Shown here: positions 10,654-20,722 of the stretch, one piece after another
How the letters are laid out: the number at the start of each line of letters is the position of its first letter
How positions within the stretch are numbered: position 1 is the stretch's first letter
Assembly: GCA_039208735.1 (NCBI GenBank)
Contig: JBCCQY010000007.1
Location: forward strand, 32,001-96,000
Direction of reading: 5' to 3'
DNA: 64,000 bases
Source: Myxococcota bacterium
GTDB taxonomy: Bacteria > Myxococcota_A > UBA796 > GCA-2862545
The notes under the pieces: model-generated
Database searches by the model: none
Told to the model about the DNA's origin: nothing
Seen by the model: the letters and a program-made list of their open reading frames with translations, nothing else
Program-made: the position numbers and the translations under genes

Positions 10654-11451
10654 CTACAGCGCCGGCACCTCGAACGCCTTTGGATCGGCCGAATCAAAAG
10701 TAAACGACTTGACTTTCACGACATGGAGGTTGTCTTCGAGCGTGTCGGCAGGCTTGGGGGCGACGAACATCGTCATCGGAACCCAGGCTCCATCGATGTC
10801 GACGTAATCCTGGTAGTTCATCGTGCCCGAAACAAAGCGAGCAACCTCACGCACCGTGTAGAACGTCTTGGCCAGCCGTCCGGTCTTGGGGTCGATGTAG
10901 GCCACGTACTGGTCGAAGCGACTCGTAGGTTCAAGGCCTTCCCACGTCACAAAGACGCGGTCGTAGGTCACCCCATCGATCGTTTCGGGCCCCGCGTCGA
11001 CGGCGATGGGGGCTTCGAGGAGTCGATAGGGAATCTCGGTGAAGTAGTGCATCGTGGGCAGCATGAACTCGGTGCCACCGTGGGAGCCTACGGAGGTCTT
11101 CCCATCCTTGACCTGCCAACTCTGGCCGTTCGTAATGCCCCAGACGAGGCCTTCCTCTTCGCCAAGGAAGGTCGCACGCGAGTCGAAGCTATGAAGCCGC
11201 TGCTCCAGCCGGACGTGGGCGTTTGGCGTAGGCCAAGGGTTTGCGACCTTCGCCATGAGCCCTTGCCAAACGTCTTCCAACTCGACGGTGACGGACGTGC
11301 GCTCGTTCCAGGCGGCGACGCCCCCGTGCGCTGCGGCCACGGACTCGAGCATCGCGCGGCCTCGTTCGGCAGCGGCCGTCTCGTCGGTCAGGCTGCGAAT
11401 GGAATCGGGACGAATGTCCGCCAGGCAGGCGGTCAGCGACAATAGCAACAT
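10654..11451 (-). CDS. Hypothetical lipoprotein
   Basis: Lipobox MLLLSLTAC, GC3-rich coding pattern, 9 bp behind tetR. Confidence 0.7.
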   Translation of the reverse strand: MLLLSLTACLADIRPDSIRSLTDETAAAERGRAMLESVAAAHGGVAAWNERTSVTVELEDVWQGLMAKVANPWPTPNAHVRLEQRLHSFDSRATFLGEEEGLVWGITNGQSWQVKDGKTSVGSHGGTEFMLPTMHYFTEIPYRLLEAPIAVDAGPETIDGVTYDRVFVTWEGLEPTSRFDQYVAYIDPKTGRLAKTFYTVREVARFVSGTMNYQDYVDIDGAWVPMTMFVAPKPADTLEDNLHVVKVKSFTFDSADPKAFEVPAL

Positions 11452-11460
11452 CAGGACGTC

Positions 11461-12054
11461 CTAGGTTCGATCTTGGCGAAGCAGGGCCACGATGGCCCGA
11501 GTTGAAGCGGCGAGACTGACGGGATCGGCCCCCGCTCGGATTTGCGTGACGAGGCCTCGGGTGAACACGGTCAACATGGCGGCCAGCTCATCGACCGACG
11601 CCTCCGGGCCGAGTTGCCCGGCTCGCTGGGCACCTCGTAGAACATTGGCGTACGCCGCCTCCATTCGTTCCTGGTGGGCGACAACCCGTTTGTGAACAGC
11701 CTCGTCGAGACGGGCGCGTTCACTGCCGCTGTGAGCGATCAAGCATCCAAAGGCCATCGGGGCGTCCTTTGCACTCGAGCCCAGTCCCGTGAACGTGCGC
11801 ATCAACGTGTCGAGATCGGCCCCCTCCGCCTCAAGCGGCCCAAGGACAAAGTCCACCACCCGCTCGAGGTAGCGGTCCAGCACCGCGAGAAACAGCCCCT
11901 CTTTGTCGCCAAACGCCGCGTAGAGGCTCGATCGACTCAGCCCGGTCGCGTCCAGCAAATCCGCAAGCGACGTCCCCGTGTAGCCTCGCTCCCAGAAGGT
12001 CACGACAGCGGCGTCTAACACCTGGTCCACATCAAAGGTTCGAGGCCGTCCCAT
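11461..12054 (-). CDS. TetR/AcrR family transcriptional regulator
   Basis: MGRPRTFD...FWERGYTGTSLADLLDATGLSRSSLYAAFGDKEGLF. Confidence 0.93.
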   Translation of the reverse strand: MGRPRTFDVDQVLDAAVVTFWERGYTGTSLADLLDATGLSRSSLYAAFGDKEGLFLAVLDRYLERVVDFVLGPLEAEGADLDTLMRTFTGLGSSAKDAPMAFGCLIAHSGSERARLDEAVHKRVVAHQERMEAAYANVLRGAQRAGQLGPEASVDELAAMLTVFTRGLVTQIRAGADPVSLAASTRAIVALLRQDRT

Positions 12055-12068
12055 CGTTTCCTCGTTCT

Positions 12069-12082
12069 GGAACGATCGGTCC
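12069..12082. promoter_or_regulatory. Probable TetR autoregulatory operator
   Basis: Near-perfect palindrome GGAACGATCGGTCC ~15 bp upstream of the tetR start. Confidence 0.6.
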
Positions 12083-12167
12083 GTAACCTGAGCGGACCCC
12101 CTGTCACGTTCGAATTGCTGCCAGGAGGTTGGACCTAAGGTCGAGCGAGGCGGCGCCTGAACGAACC

Positions 12168-14639
12168 TTAGGCTTCGTCACCCAACCCTGGGCGTGTCGC
12201 TGCGGTGGGACGACTCACGAGTGTCTGGGCCTGGGAGACCCAAGCGTCCCGTTCGATGCGCCCTCGATAATCCATGAGTTTCGCATCCACCGCCGACACT
12301 TGAGCGTCCGTCCACTCCGCGATCTGCCAGTAGTAGTACACGCCAAGGTCATGAAGGATGTCGCGCAGTGGGTTGTCGATACCGTCGAGCAGCGTAAGGT
12401 CGTCGGGTGTACCAAACGCAGCCTCGGTCAGCAGATTGTTCTTCGGACTCCGACGCATGGGGTCGATGGGGTCGAAGCGAGGGCTGGTCCGTGACTCGGT
12501 GCGGCTTCCCGTGCGCACCGACCGCTTGGTCTTGGTTTGCGTCACGACCGCGGACTTGCCCGCCGACCGCAACTGGTGATGCACCGCCGCCAAGCCGTAC
12601 TCGATGGCGGTGAGGCGGTTTTCGATCGAGGCAAGATCGAGCCGGCCTTCGATGGCCACGACTTCGTCGAGCACCGCCGTGAGGTCGGGCTCGGGCACGT
12701 CGATGGCCAGCACGGACTCCCGAATGTCCTCCACCCGCTCCTCGAGCGTTTCGAGCTTCGTCGAAAGCGGGTCCAAGTCCACCCGGGCAGGGCGCAGGGC
12801 CGCGATTGCCCCTTCGAGGCCCACGAACCGAGCGTGCAAGCCATCCATGTCGCCGGTCGAACCGAGCCGACTCGACAAGGCCTCGAGCCGCGTGTCCAAC
12901 GTCGCTTCGATCGGGGTGAAGTCGGGCTGGGCGGACTTGAGGTCGTCGATGCGCGCATCCACCGCGTCGAGACGAGCGACGAGGGGCGAGAGGTCGACGG
13001 TCGGTTCGGGCAGGGTCGCGAACGTGCTCTCGATCTGGGCCAACCGTTCGTACAACGGGGCCAGATCAACGTTGGGCGCAGACAACGCGCCGAGATGTTC
13101 CTCGAGCCGCACCAGATGGTCGGAGACCGCAGTAAGTTCGACCCGTTCCCCCGGTTGGGTGGTGAGTCCTTCTTCGATGTGTGTCAGACGCTCCTGAATG
13201 GGCCCAAGGTCCACGACGGCATCGGGCTGGGAGAGAAGCGCCTCTTCGATTTGGCCAAGCTTGGCCTTCAATGGCTCAACATCGACGGGGGCTAACCCCG
13301 CCAGCCGTTCGTCGATCTTCTGCAGATGCGCATGGACCGACTCGAGATCGACCTCTTGGGGACTGGCCACTCGCTCCTCAACCTGCCGCAGGTGGGCGTG
13401 CAAAGGCTCGAGATCAAGGTTTGGTGTGGGAACCGCCACAAACCGCTCTTCCACCTGCCGCAGGTGGGCGTGCAAAGGCTCGAAGTCCACCCCTGAACCA
13501 CCCAGTCGCGACTCCAGGCTCGCGATTTGCTCGCGCAGGGGCGTGAGATCCACGGAAGGCTGCGTGGTGAGGTACTCCTCGAGCCGCGTGAGGTGCTCCT
13601 GTACGGGTGCAAGATCGACGTTGGAGGCCGGCGTCGCTTCGAGAAGCTGTTCAAGCTTCTGCAGATGCGCGTGGACGGGCTGAAGGTCGGGGGGAGTCGG
13701 CGTCGCAAGCTGCGCTTCGATCTTCGCCAATTGCTCCCGAACGGGCCCAAGATCAACATTCGGCTGGGTCGCCAGGTGCTGGTCGATCTGATTGAGCTGA
13801 GCGTGCACCGGTTCCAGATCGAACGAGGGCACAGGCAACGCCTCGATCCGCTCCTCGAGCTTGTGCAGGTGGGCGTGCACGGGCTCGAAGTCTACCCCCG
13901 TCGCGCCAAGCCTTGACTCAAGGGTGGCAAGCTGCTCCCGAACCGGCCCGAGATCGACACTCGGTTGAGCCAGCAAGTAGTCCTCAATCTGCTTGAGGTG
14001 TTCGTTCACCCCAGTGAGATCCACCGCGGGCAGCGCATCCAGACGCGACTCCAGCTTTTGCAGATGCTGGTGAACCGGCCCCAAATCCGTCGACTTGAAC
14101 GCAGCGACCGTCGACGCCACCGCGGCCACCCCGGATGTGACCTGGTCGAGGTCCATCGCGCCAAGACGCGTTTCGATGGCCCTCAACTGTGCATGCACAG
14201 GCTCGAAGTCTGGGCCCGACTGACCCGCCACCCGCTTGTCCAACGCATCGACCTTGCTCGACAGCGCAGACTGAACCGACACCAAATCCGACTTGGTGAA
14301 GTCCATCGCCACGGGCTCGATCTGCCGGATTTCCGCCGTCAACGCTTCGCTCACGTTGGTCAACTGCTGTTGCACCGGAGCCAAGTCGGTGGCCTTCAGC
14401 CCGTCAAACCGCTTGGCAAGACCCGCGATCTGAACGGTCAAATCACGCCGCAAGGCTTCGAGGTCGTCGGTGGTGACCGACGGCCCCTTGGCGATCATGG
14501 CCTGTTCGTGCTGCAACAGCTGGGCGTAGGTCTCGGTCACATCCTCGTACCGATGACTCATCCAGTAGTAGGAGAACGCTGCCCCGAACAAGACGGCGAG
14601 CAGCAGCAGAAACACAATCTGCACGGATAGAAGCATCAT
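12168..14639 (-). CDS. Membrane-anchored helical-repeat protein with C-terminal helix-hairpin-helix (COG3743/NuoE-extension-like) domain
   Basis: N-terminal TM; ~25 repeats like VDLxPVHxHLxxLEERL; C-terminal PDDLTLLDGI...LGVYYYWQIAEWT...GRIERDAWVSQA. Confidence 0.85.
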   Translation of the reverse strand: MMLLSVQIVFLLLLAVLFGAAFSYYWMSHRYEDVTETYAQLLQHEQAMIAKGPSVTTDDLEALRRDLTVQIAGLAKRFDGLKATDLAPVQQQLTNVSEALTAEIRQIEPVAMDFTKSDLVSVQSALSSKVDALDKRVAGQSGPDFEPVHAQLRAIETRLGAMDLDQVTSGVAAVASTVAAFKSTDLGPVHQHLQKLESRLDALPAVDLTGVNEHLKQIEDYLLAQPSVDLGPVREQLATLESRLGATGVDFEPVHAHLHKLEERIEALPVPSFDLEPVHAQLNQIDQHLATQPNVDLGPVREQLAKIEAQLATPTPPDLQPVHAHLQKLEQLLEATPASNVDLAPVQEHLTRLEEYLTTQPSVDLTPLREQIASLESRLGGSGVDFEPLHAHLRQVEERFVAVPTPNLDLEPLHAHLRQVEERVASPQEVDLESVHAHLQKIDERLAGLAPVDVEPLKAKLGQIEEALLSQPDAVVDLGPIQERLTHIEEGLTTQPGERVELTAVSDHLVRLEEHLGALSAPNVDLAPLYERLAQIESTFATLPEPTVDLSPLVARLDAVDARIDDLKSAQPDFTPIEATLDTRLEALSSRLGSTGDMDGLHARFVGLEGAIAALRPARVDLDPLSTKLETLEERVEDIRESVLAIDVPEPDLTAVLDEVVAIEGRLDLASIENRLTAIEYGLAAVHHQLRSAGKSAVVTQTKTKRSVRTGSRTESRTSPRFDPIDPMRRSPKNNLLTEAAFGTPDDLTLLDGIDNPLRDILHDLGVYYYWQIAEWTDAQVSAVDAKLMDYRGRIERDAWVSQAQTLVSRPTAATRPGLGDEA
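12640..14390 (-). repeat. Intragenic tandem 22-24 aa repeat array
   Basis: Repeated protein unit; 31-bp identical DNA copies at 13381-13411 and 13453-13483, 72 nt apart. Confidence 0.8.
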
Positions 14640-14663
14640 CGCGAGCTCACAAGAGGTTGGGGG

Positions 14664-15812
14664 TCAGTCCGAGGCACGGACGACGCGGATCTCGATCCGC
14701 CGGTTTCGGGAGCGGCCCAGCTTCGTGGCATTGTCGTCCACTGGACGCCTTGAGCCGTAGCCCCGCGCCACCAGCCGGCGCGAAGATAGGCCTCGTTCGA
14801 TCAACGACCGTCGGACCGAGGCCGCACGACGCTGGCTTAAATCTTCGTTGAACGCCGGGTCACCCGTGTTGTCGGTATGGCCTTCGATTCGTAGCGTACC
14901 GGGACAATCGCGGGCGGCGGCGGCGACCTCGTCGAGCACCGGTGCACTCGCCGCGTCGATGGCATCGCTTTCCGAGGCAAACCGAATCGTCGATCGGCCC
15001 AACACGTCCGCCATCGCCTGTTCGCAAGAGGCAACCGCCTCGTTTGCAAGAACCTGAACCGTCCCCACCCGACCGTATGGAAGGGGCGCCGAAGCCGCCG
15101 TGCGCAAGTCTTCCGCCCGGCTCTCCGGCAGCTCGCAAAGCAGCGAGTAGCGATCGCACGAAAACTCGGCGACCCCCATGTCGCACGCAGAGACGTTGGC
15201 CAAACCACGCTTGGCGACGTCCACAAAGCCGTCGGGAACGGGCTGGTCCACCACCACGAGATGGCTGTCCACCGAGGTGATCGATCCCGGCTGGACGAGC
15301 GTTCGCGCCGCGGTCTCGATGGCCTGTCGCGATGCGGCATCGGGCACTTCGCCTTCGAGCCTCAGCACGCCTTCCTCGACGCGAAACGTCCATTCGAGTG
15401 CAGGCGACGGGGCCGCGGCCGCGGGTGCCTCTGCCGCCGTGAAGTCCCCTCGCACCCGGGTGGGCGCCACCACCGGCCCCGCCCACGTCGCGGCCCGCGC
15501 CGCCCGGACCGCGGCCAGGGCTTGCGAGGCGGCTTCGTCACTGGGAGGAGTGCCCTTCACCACGACATGTTGCCCGGAAACTTCGACGGTCGCCCATGAA
15601 GCCTTCACGTCATGCAACGCATCCTTTGCCGCGCGTTCCGTCTTGTCTTGGATCCAAGTGATCGCAAAGGGACCAAGCCCAAACAAGAACACCAAGCCCA
15701 AGGCCGCAAGAAGCATCCAACCCCATGGGAACCAGGGCATCGGCGCCGACACGCGACGCCAGCGGCGCACGGTGGACGCGTTCTTCGATTCGGCGCGGGT
15801 ACGGGTCGCCAT
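14664..15812 (-). CDS. OmpA-family peptidoglycan-binding protein with BON-like domains
   Basis: IRFASESDAI, IEGHTDNTG, NEDLSQRRAASV, RNRRIE; N-terminal TM; GGAGG RBS before ATG at 15812. Confidence 0.9.
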   Translation of the reverse strand: MATRTRAESKNASTVRRWRRVSAPMPWFPWGWMLLAALGLVFLFGLGPFAITWIQDKTERAAKDALHDVKASWATVEVSGQHVVVKGTPPSDEAASQALAAVRAARAATWAGPVVAPTRVRGDFTAAEAPAAAAPSPALEWTFRVEEGVLRLEGEVPDAASRQAIETAARTLVQPGSITSVDSHLVVVDQPVPDGFVDVAKRGLANVSACDMGVAEFSCDRYSLLCELPESRAEDLRTAASAPLPYGRVGTVQVLANEAVASCEQAMADVLGRSTIRFASESDAIDAASAPVLDEVAAAARDCPGTLRIEGHTDNTGDPAFNEDLSQRRAASVRRSLIERGLSSRRLVARGYGSRRPVDDNATKLGRSRNRRIEIRVVRASD

Positions 15813-15928
15813 GGCACCCCTCCGGAGGACGAAACCTCGCATGTCCCGATGGGGAGCACACGTAACACCTACGGTGCAAAGTCTGGTGATCTACGCGACA
15901 AGCCAATTTCCACCCTTTCGAACAAAAG

Positions 15929-15985
15929 GCAACCATTAGGTTGCGCATTGGAGCATGGGGCCATTAAAGGCAACCTGGAGGTTGC
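15929..15985. promoter_or_regulatory. Tandem ArsR-type operators GCAACC-N4-GGTTGC
   Basis: Two palindromes, 15929-15944 (GCAACCATTAGGTTGC) and 15970-15985 (GCAACCTGGAGGTTGC), immediately upstream of the arsR-like gene. Confidence 0.7.
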
Positions 15986-15987
15986 GT

Positions 15988-16338
15988 TTGATCCGGCGCC
16001 CCGACCCGGAACTCTTCAGCGCGTTGGCTGACCCTACCCGTCTCGACCTCGTCGAACGCCTGCTCAGCGTCCCCAGTCTGTCGACCACCCAGCTCACCAA
16101 GGGTACCGGGCTCACCCGACAAGCCATCCACAAGCACCTCACCGTGCTCGAGGGAGTGGGGTTGGTGGCGCAAGAGCGCGTAGGACGAAGACGGCTATGG
16201 TCGCTCGATGCGCGGCCCCTGGGGTTGGTGCGGGATTGGAGCAACCGTCTTCGTGCAGTTTGGGCTGCGCGATTCGACCAACTCGAACGTCTGCTTGCCG
16301 AGGGAGGGCCCGATGACCCCCGATCCGTTGACCCTTGA
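15988..16338 (+). CDS. ArsR/SmtB family transcriptional regulator
   Basis: LFSALADPTRLDLVERL...TRQAIHKHLTVLEGVGLV; start uncertain (TTG after GGAGG). Confidence 0.88.
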   Translation: MIRRPDPELFSALADPTRLDLVERLLSVPSLSTTQLTKGTGLTRQAIHKHLTVLEGVGLVAQERVGRRRLWSLDARPLGLVRDWSNRLRAVWAARFDQLERLLAEGGPDDPRSVDP

Positions 16339-17275
16339 GATTCGCGCCGAGGGGGACCGCCAGATTGTCCTCGAACGGCGATTCGAGGCCGGTCCGTCCA
16401 AAGTCTACGCAGCCTTCACGGACCCAAAGAAGATCCGGCGCTGGCTTAGCACCCCCGAATGGCCCATGCGCACGTGCATGAATGAAGCTCGCGAGGAAGG
16501 GGCGATCCGGTACGAGTGGTTCAATGCCGAGGCGCCCGAAAAGACCATGGGCATGACGGGTCGCTACCTGCGCGTGGACCCTCCTCGCTTCGTCGAACCC
16601 CGCGAGGTGTTCGACGAAGATTGGACAGGCGGGGAGGTTCAAGTGCGCACCGAATTCCTCGAAGACGGAACAGGAACGCTCCTTCGCATGACGATGCGCT
16701 ATTCGACGCAAGAAGCCCGCGACGCGGTGCTCAAGACCGGAATGGCCCGCGGCATGGACCTCAATTTCTACGGCCTCGATGAGGTGTTGTCGGGCCGGGA
16801 TCGGTTGATGACCCCCGATCCCGAACGTGATCTCGTCCTGCAACGGATCTTGGATGCGTCGCCATCGCGGGTGTGGGCCGCGTGGACGCAGCCCGAGCTG
16901 ATCGCCCAGTGGTTTGCGCCCGCTCCGTGGTCCGTGGCTCGCGCCACCGTCGAGCCATTCGCCGGCGGCGCATTTAGCGTGGTGATGCAAAGCCCCGAGG
17001 GCGAAGCGATGGCCGGGGAGCCCGGCTGCGTGCTGATGGCACTGCCCAATCGTCTGTTTGCTTGGACCGATGGCCTGGGGCCCGGTTTTCAACCCAAGTC
17101 CGACAGCTTCTTCACGGCCTTTGTTCGGCTGCGACCTCATCACCGTGGCACTCGGTACCAGATCCTGGTTCGGCATGCCGACGCTGATGGTCGAGCCCGG
17201 CATGAGGCGATGGGTTTTCATCAGGGGTGGGGCAAAGCCGCAGACCAGCTTGCCACTCTGCTTGGCGAACGTTGA
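16313..17275 (+). CDS. Tandem SRPBCC/AHA1-like (START-fold) domain protein
   Basis: Two AHSA1-type domains (IVLERRFEA...VYAAFTDP; LVLQRILDASPSRVWAAWTQPE...HEAMGFHQGW); usual partner of ArsR. Confidence 0.88.
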   Translation: MTPDPLTLEIRAEGDRQIVLERRFEAGPSKVYAAFTDPKKIRRWLSTPEWPMRTCMNEAREEGAIRYEWFNAEAPEKTMGMTGRYLRVDPPRFVEPREVFDEDWTGGEVQVRTEFLEDGTGTLLRMTMRYSTQEARDAVLKTGMARGMDLNFYGLDEVLSGRDRLMTPDPERDLVLQRILDASPSRVWAAWTQPELIAQWFAPAPWSVARATVEPFAGGAFSVVMQSPEGEAMAGEPGCVLMALPNRLFAWTDGLGPGFQPKSDSFFTAFVRLRPHHRGTRYQILVRHADADGRARHEAMGFHQGWGKAADQLATLLGER

Positions 17276-17840
17276 GCGATCGCCAGCTTCCTTTCTCAAG
17301 ACGTTCACATTGAGGGATTGGCCTTTGAGGGCGGGAATGGCATCTTGCTGGTGCATGCAGCCCAACCCGCACCGAGTGGTGCGCTCCAAACCTATGGCCA
17401 AACCCTTCATACCCGAGAACTTGGGCTCGTCCTCCTGACCCTCTCCGAGCCCGACTGCGCCACGTTGCTCGCGAGCACCGGACAACAAATCCATGTGATC
17501 GGAGAGCAGAATCCGCACGGCGCGGATTCTCCTGGTCTAAGAGCGCAGCGCGCCCAAACCGTTTTCAAGCGGCTGGGAAGTCTTGGTCTGGACCTCAACA
17601 TTCACGACGGAAGCGTCAGCGATAGCGCAGTTGTAAGGCTCTGTATTGCCCCACCTTGAATCGGTGACATCCTTCTGGCAACGACAACCTCAGAATTCGG
17701 CATCATAGGGTCAGCCTGGTGCTGCGCGGTATCGTCGAATTTCCCTCTGCCTGCCAGCTTCTACCTACGACCGATACCGCGTGGCACCGACTTCTCTCCT
17801 CCCTCCATCCCGAGACTCGACAGCTCAATCAAAGACGCTA

Positions 17841-17864
17841 TGACCATATAAACGAAAATGGTCA
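17841..17864. promoter_or_regulatory. Probable TetR operator TGACCAT-N10-ATGGTCA
   Basis: Perfect 7-bp inverted repeat overlapping the tetR start region. Confidence 0.6.
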
Positions 17865-18466
17865 CAATGCCGAAAGCGTTCAACGATGAAGAGAGAGTGC
17901 AGGTGAGACGTCGGCTTGCAGCGGCGGCGGCCGAACGCGTAGCCCAGGTCGGCTACCGGCGAACCACGATTGGCGAACTCGCGCGCACGGCGGGCATCTC
18001 AAAGGGTGCCTTCTACACCTTCTACGACAGCAAGGAAGCGCTGTTCATCGAGATCTTGAGAGACACCGAGACCGCCCTTCGGGCCGAGATGCAGGCCGCC
18101 GCGGACCGCGAGGGGGCTCCGCGCGAAATCCTGGCCGGTGTCTTCGAAGCCCTCCGCGCGGCGGTGGCGGACCACCCCTTGCTTCGCGTCCTGGCCCAGC
18201 CCGAAGAATCGGCCGCGCTGTTTCGTCACCTGCCTCCGGAGTTCCTCGAAGAGGCCCAAGCCGACGACGATCGGTGGTTCGCCGAGCTGTTTTCGGGGCT
18301 GGCCGCTCGCAAGATCGTCGATCCAGCGATGGTGCCGGTGCTCGTGGCGTTGCCGCGATTTTGGTTTGCTCTCGCCACGGGCCGTTCCTGGCTTGGCGAC
18401 GACTTTGGTCCCACGACGCGCCTCGTCGTGGACGCGCTTGCCCATCACCTTGGAGGTGACTCATGA
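17858..18466 (+). CDS. TetR family regulator
   Basis: GYRRTTIGELARTAGISKGAFYTFYDSKEALF; true start may be 17867. Confidence 0.92.
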   Translation: MVTMPKAFNDEERVQVRRRLAAAAAERVAQVGYRRTTIGELARTAGISKGAFYTFYDSKEALFIEILRDTETALRAEMQAAADREGAPREILAGVFEALRAAVADHPLLRVLAQPEESAALFRHLPPEFLEEAQADDDRWFAELFSGLAARKIVDPAMVPVLVALPRFWFALATGRSWLGDDFGPTTRLVVDALAHHLGGDS

Positions 18467-19305
18467 TCGAGGTGCGCGACTTGTGGTTTCGCTACCCCGG
18501 CGCCCCGCAAGACACCCTACGTGGACTTGGGTTTGCCGTGGGGCCCGGCGAGGTCTTTGGGCTTCTGGGGCCGTCCGGCACCGGAAAGAGCACCGTCGTT
18601 GGCGTGCTGACCGGGGCGCTGCATGGCTACCGAGGGACGGTTCGCATCCTCGGGGACGATGGCGCCGCAGACCGCGCCCGCCGATCGCGAATTGGCGTGG
18701 GATTCGAGGTACCAAGTCTCTATTCTCGACTCACCGCTCGAGAGAACCTCGACTTGTTTGCCGCGTTGCACGGCGTTCCTTTGCTCGACGTCGACGCGCG
18801 GCTCGCCCCCCTCGGTCTCGAAGACCATGCAGACCAACGGGTCGAAGCCTTCTCAAAGGGCATGAAGAGCCGACTCGACCTCTGCCGAGCCCTGCTTTCC
18901 GATCCCGATCTGTTGTTCGTCGACGAGCCCACGGCGGCACTCGACCCCGGCCACGCGAGAGTCGTTCGGGATCTCCGTCGCGCCTTCGCCGATCGTGGAG
19001 GCGCGGTCCTCCTCACCACCCATGACATGCAGGTCGCCGAAGCCATCTGCGATCGGGTGGGATTGCTCATTGATGGACGGTTTGCCGCCACGGGCCCGCC
19101 ACGCGCGCTGCGGGCCCGTTCGGAGCCGCCGACAATCCGCGTCGAAGCATCATCCGGCGCCATCCGTGAGGTCCCGCTCCTCGCGCTCGCCGACGATGAG
19201 GCGCTTCGCCAAGCGATTCGAGAGGGCCACGTCCGCTCTCTGCACACGTGCGAACCCACGCTCGAGGACGTTTTCGTCGAGCTAACCGGCCGAACGCTCA
19301 CATGA
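18463..19305 (+). CDS. ABC exporter ATP-binding protein
   Basis: GPSGTGKS Walker A, FSKGMK signature, LLFVDEPT Walker B, TTH. Confidence 0.93.
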   Translation: MIEVRDLWFRYPGAPQDTLRGLGFAVGPGEVFGLLGPSGTGKSTVVGVLTGALHGYRGTVRILGDDGAADRARRSRIGVGFEVPSLYSRLTARENLDLFAALHGVPLLDVDARLAPLGLEDHADQRVEAFSKGMKSRLDLCRALLSDPDLLFVDEPTAALDPGHARVVRDLRRAFADRGGAVLLTTHDMQVAEAICDRVGLLIDGRFAATGPPRALRARSEPPTIRVEASSGAIREVPLLALADDEALRQAIREGHVRSLHTCEPTLEDVFVELTGRTLT

Positions 19306-19988
19306 CGGCCCTGTTGTGGACCGAGCTTCGCCTGCTGACCCGCGGGGGCTTCTGGCTCGCCTATGCGGTGGTCGGCGCAGGTTACCTCGCCATCCTCCAT
19401 GCATTGCCCGCTTCCCTGGCCAAGGGGCTGCTGCCGGTGCTCGTGTTTTCGGATCCGGCGGTACTCGGGTTGTTCGTTGTTGGGTCGATGGTGCTTCTCG
19501 AGCGTCGTGAGGGCGCGCTGCAGGCCCTCGCCCATACGCCCACACCAGCCGCAACGTGGATCGGAGCCAAGGTCCTGGCGATCACGGGGTTGGCCAGCAT
19601 CGTGGCTGGAGTGGTCGCCGCAGGAAGCGGCCAACTGGTGCGACCCGATCTGCTCGTGCTGGCCGTCGTGCCCACCTCGATCCTGACGGTCTTGGTAGGC
19701 ATCGCCATCGTCAGCCGAACCAGTACCTTCAACCGGTTCATCGCTTGGGTCTCCCTCATCACCACTCCCCTGGCCCTGCCCGCCGTGGAACTCCTGCTGA
19801 ACGCCGAGTGGACGTGGATCCGATGGCTTCCCACCGGAGGAACCGCGGAACTGCTCCGAGGGGCCTTCGGCGCAAGCCTCTCGCCGGGGGTGGTCCTCCG
19901 CGACGTTGTCGGGCTCGTTGTGGCCTGCGTCGGGGCCGCATTCTGGGCGGACGCATGGACCCGTCGGTACCTTTGGAGGCGTGCATGA
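19302..19988 (+). CDS. ABC-2 type permease (fluoroquinolone-exporter-like)
   Basis: Six hydrophobic segments, FSDPAVLGLFVVGSMVLLERREG; ATGA overlap with ATPase. Confidence 0.82.
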   Translation: MTALLWTELRLLTRGGFWLAYAVVGAGYLAILHALPASLAKGLLPVLVFSDPAVLGLFVVGSMVLLERREGALQALAHTPTPAATWIGAKVLAITGLASIVAGVVAAGSGQLVRPDLLVLAVVPTSILTVLVGIAIVSRTSTFNRFIAWVSLITTPLALPAVELLLNAEWTWIRWLPTGGTAELLRGAFGASLSPGVVLRDVVGLVVACVGAAFWADAWTRRYLWRRA

Positions 19989-20677
19989 GCCCGTGGTTGG
20001 CCCTCGCACGGGCAGACCGTGTGAACGTCCTTCGCGACCCGATGTTGCTCGGCGCGAGCCTGGCCCCGTTGCCGTTGGGCGGCTTGGTCCGGTTCGGAGG
20101 ACCATGGCTGCACGAGGCCGCACCCGCAGTTGTCGATCCCACCGTCCTGGAGGCCATCGTAGGCAGCGCCTTGCTCGTGCTTCCGGCCCTTCTCGCAGGC
20201 ACCGTTCAGGGCTACCTCCTCCTCGAAGAACGCGATGAGCACGTCGAGGCCGCCATTCGCATGACCCCGCTTGGGACCGTAGGGCTCTGGCGATGGCGGC
20301 TGAGCACCAGCTTCGCCATGGGCCTCATCGGGGGGGGCGTGGCGTGGGGGATCGCAGGGCTGGCGATTCCGGCCACGTGGGGGCTCGGGCTCCTCGTCGG
20401 AGCCAGTCACGCTCCCCTCATCGCACTCATCCTCGCCACCTATGCGCGCGACAAAGTGCAGGGCCTGGCCCTCTCGAAGGTGACGTCGTTGGCCGCCGTG
20501 GCCCAGGTCGCCCTGTTGTTCCCCGAACCGTGGGCCTGGCTTGGCGCACCGTTTCCCGCATGGTGGTTGGCGCGTGGGCTCCGGCCCGACGCCGGTGCGA
20601 TGGTGGTAGCGGCCACGATCGTGGGCGCCTTTGCGTTTCACGGAGCTTACTTCAGTCGCTCGACCGCTCGCTCCTGA
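19985..20677 (+). CDS. ABC-2 type permease
   Basis: Hydrophobic, LLLEERDE...MTPLG, DKVQGLA; ATGA overlap. Confidence 0.8.
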   Translation: MSPWLALARADRVNVLRDPMLLGASLAPLPLGGLVRFGGPWLHEAAPAVVDPTVLEAIVGSALLVLPALLAGTVQGYLLLEERDEHVEAAIRMTPLGTVGLWRWRLSTSFAMGLIGGGVAWGIAGLAIPATWGLGLLVGASHAPLIALILATYARDKVQGLALSKVTSLAAVAQVALLFPEPWAWLGAPFPAWWLARGLRPDAGAMVVAATIVGAFAFHGAYFSRSTARS

Positions 20678-20722
20678 CCCCGAGGGCCCATACCCTTCCC
20701 GTCTGGACACGGGGGTGCACAG

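Noticed and set aside
12640..14390. CRISPR-like periodic DNA repeats (~66-72 nt period)
   Set aside because: Repeats are degenerate, in-frame and encode a protein repeat; no unique spacers and no cas genes
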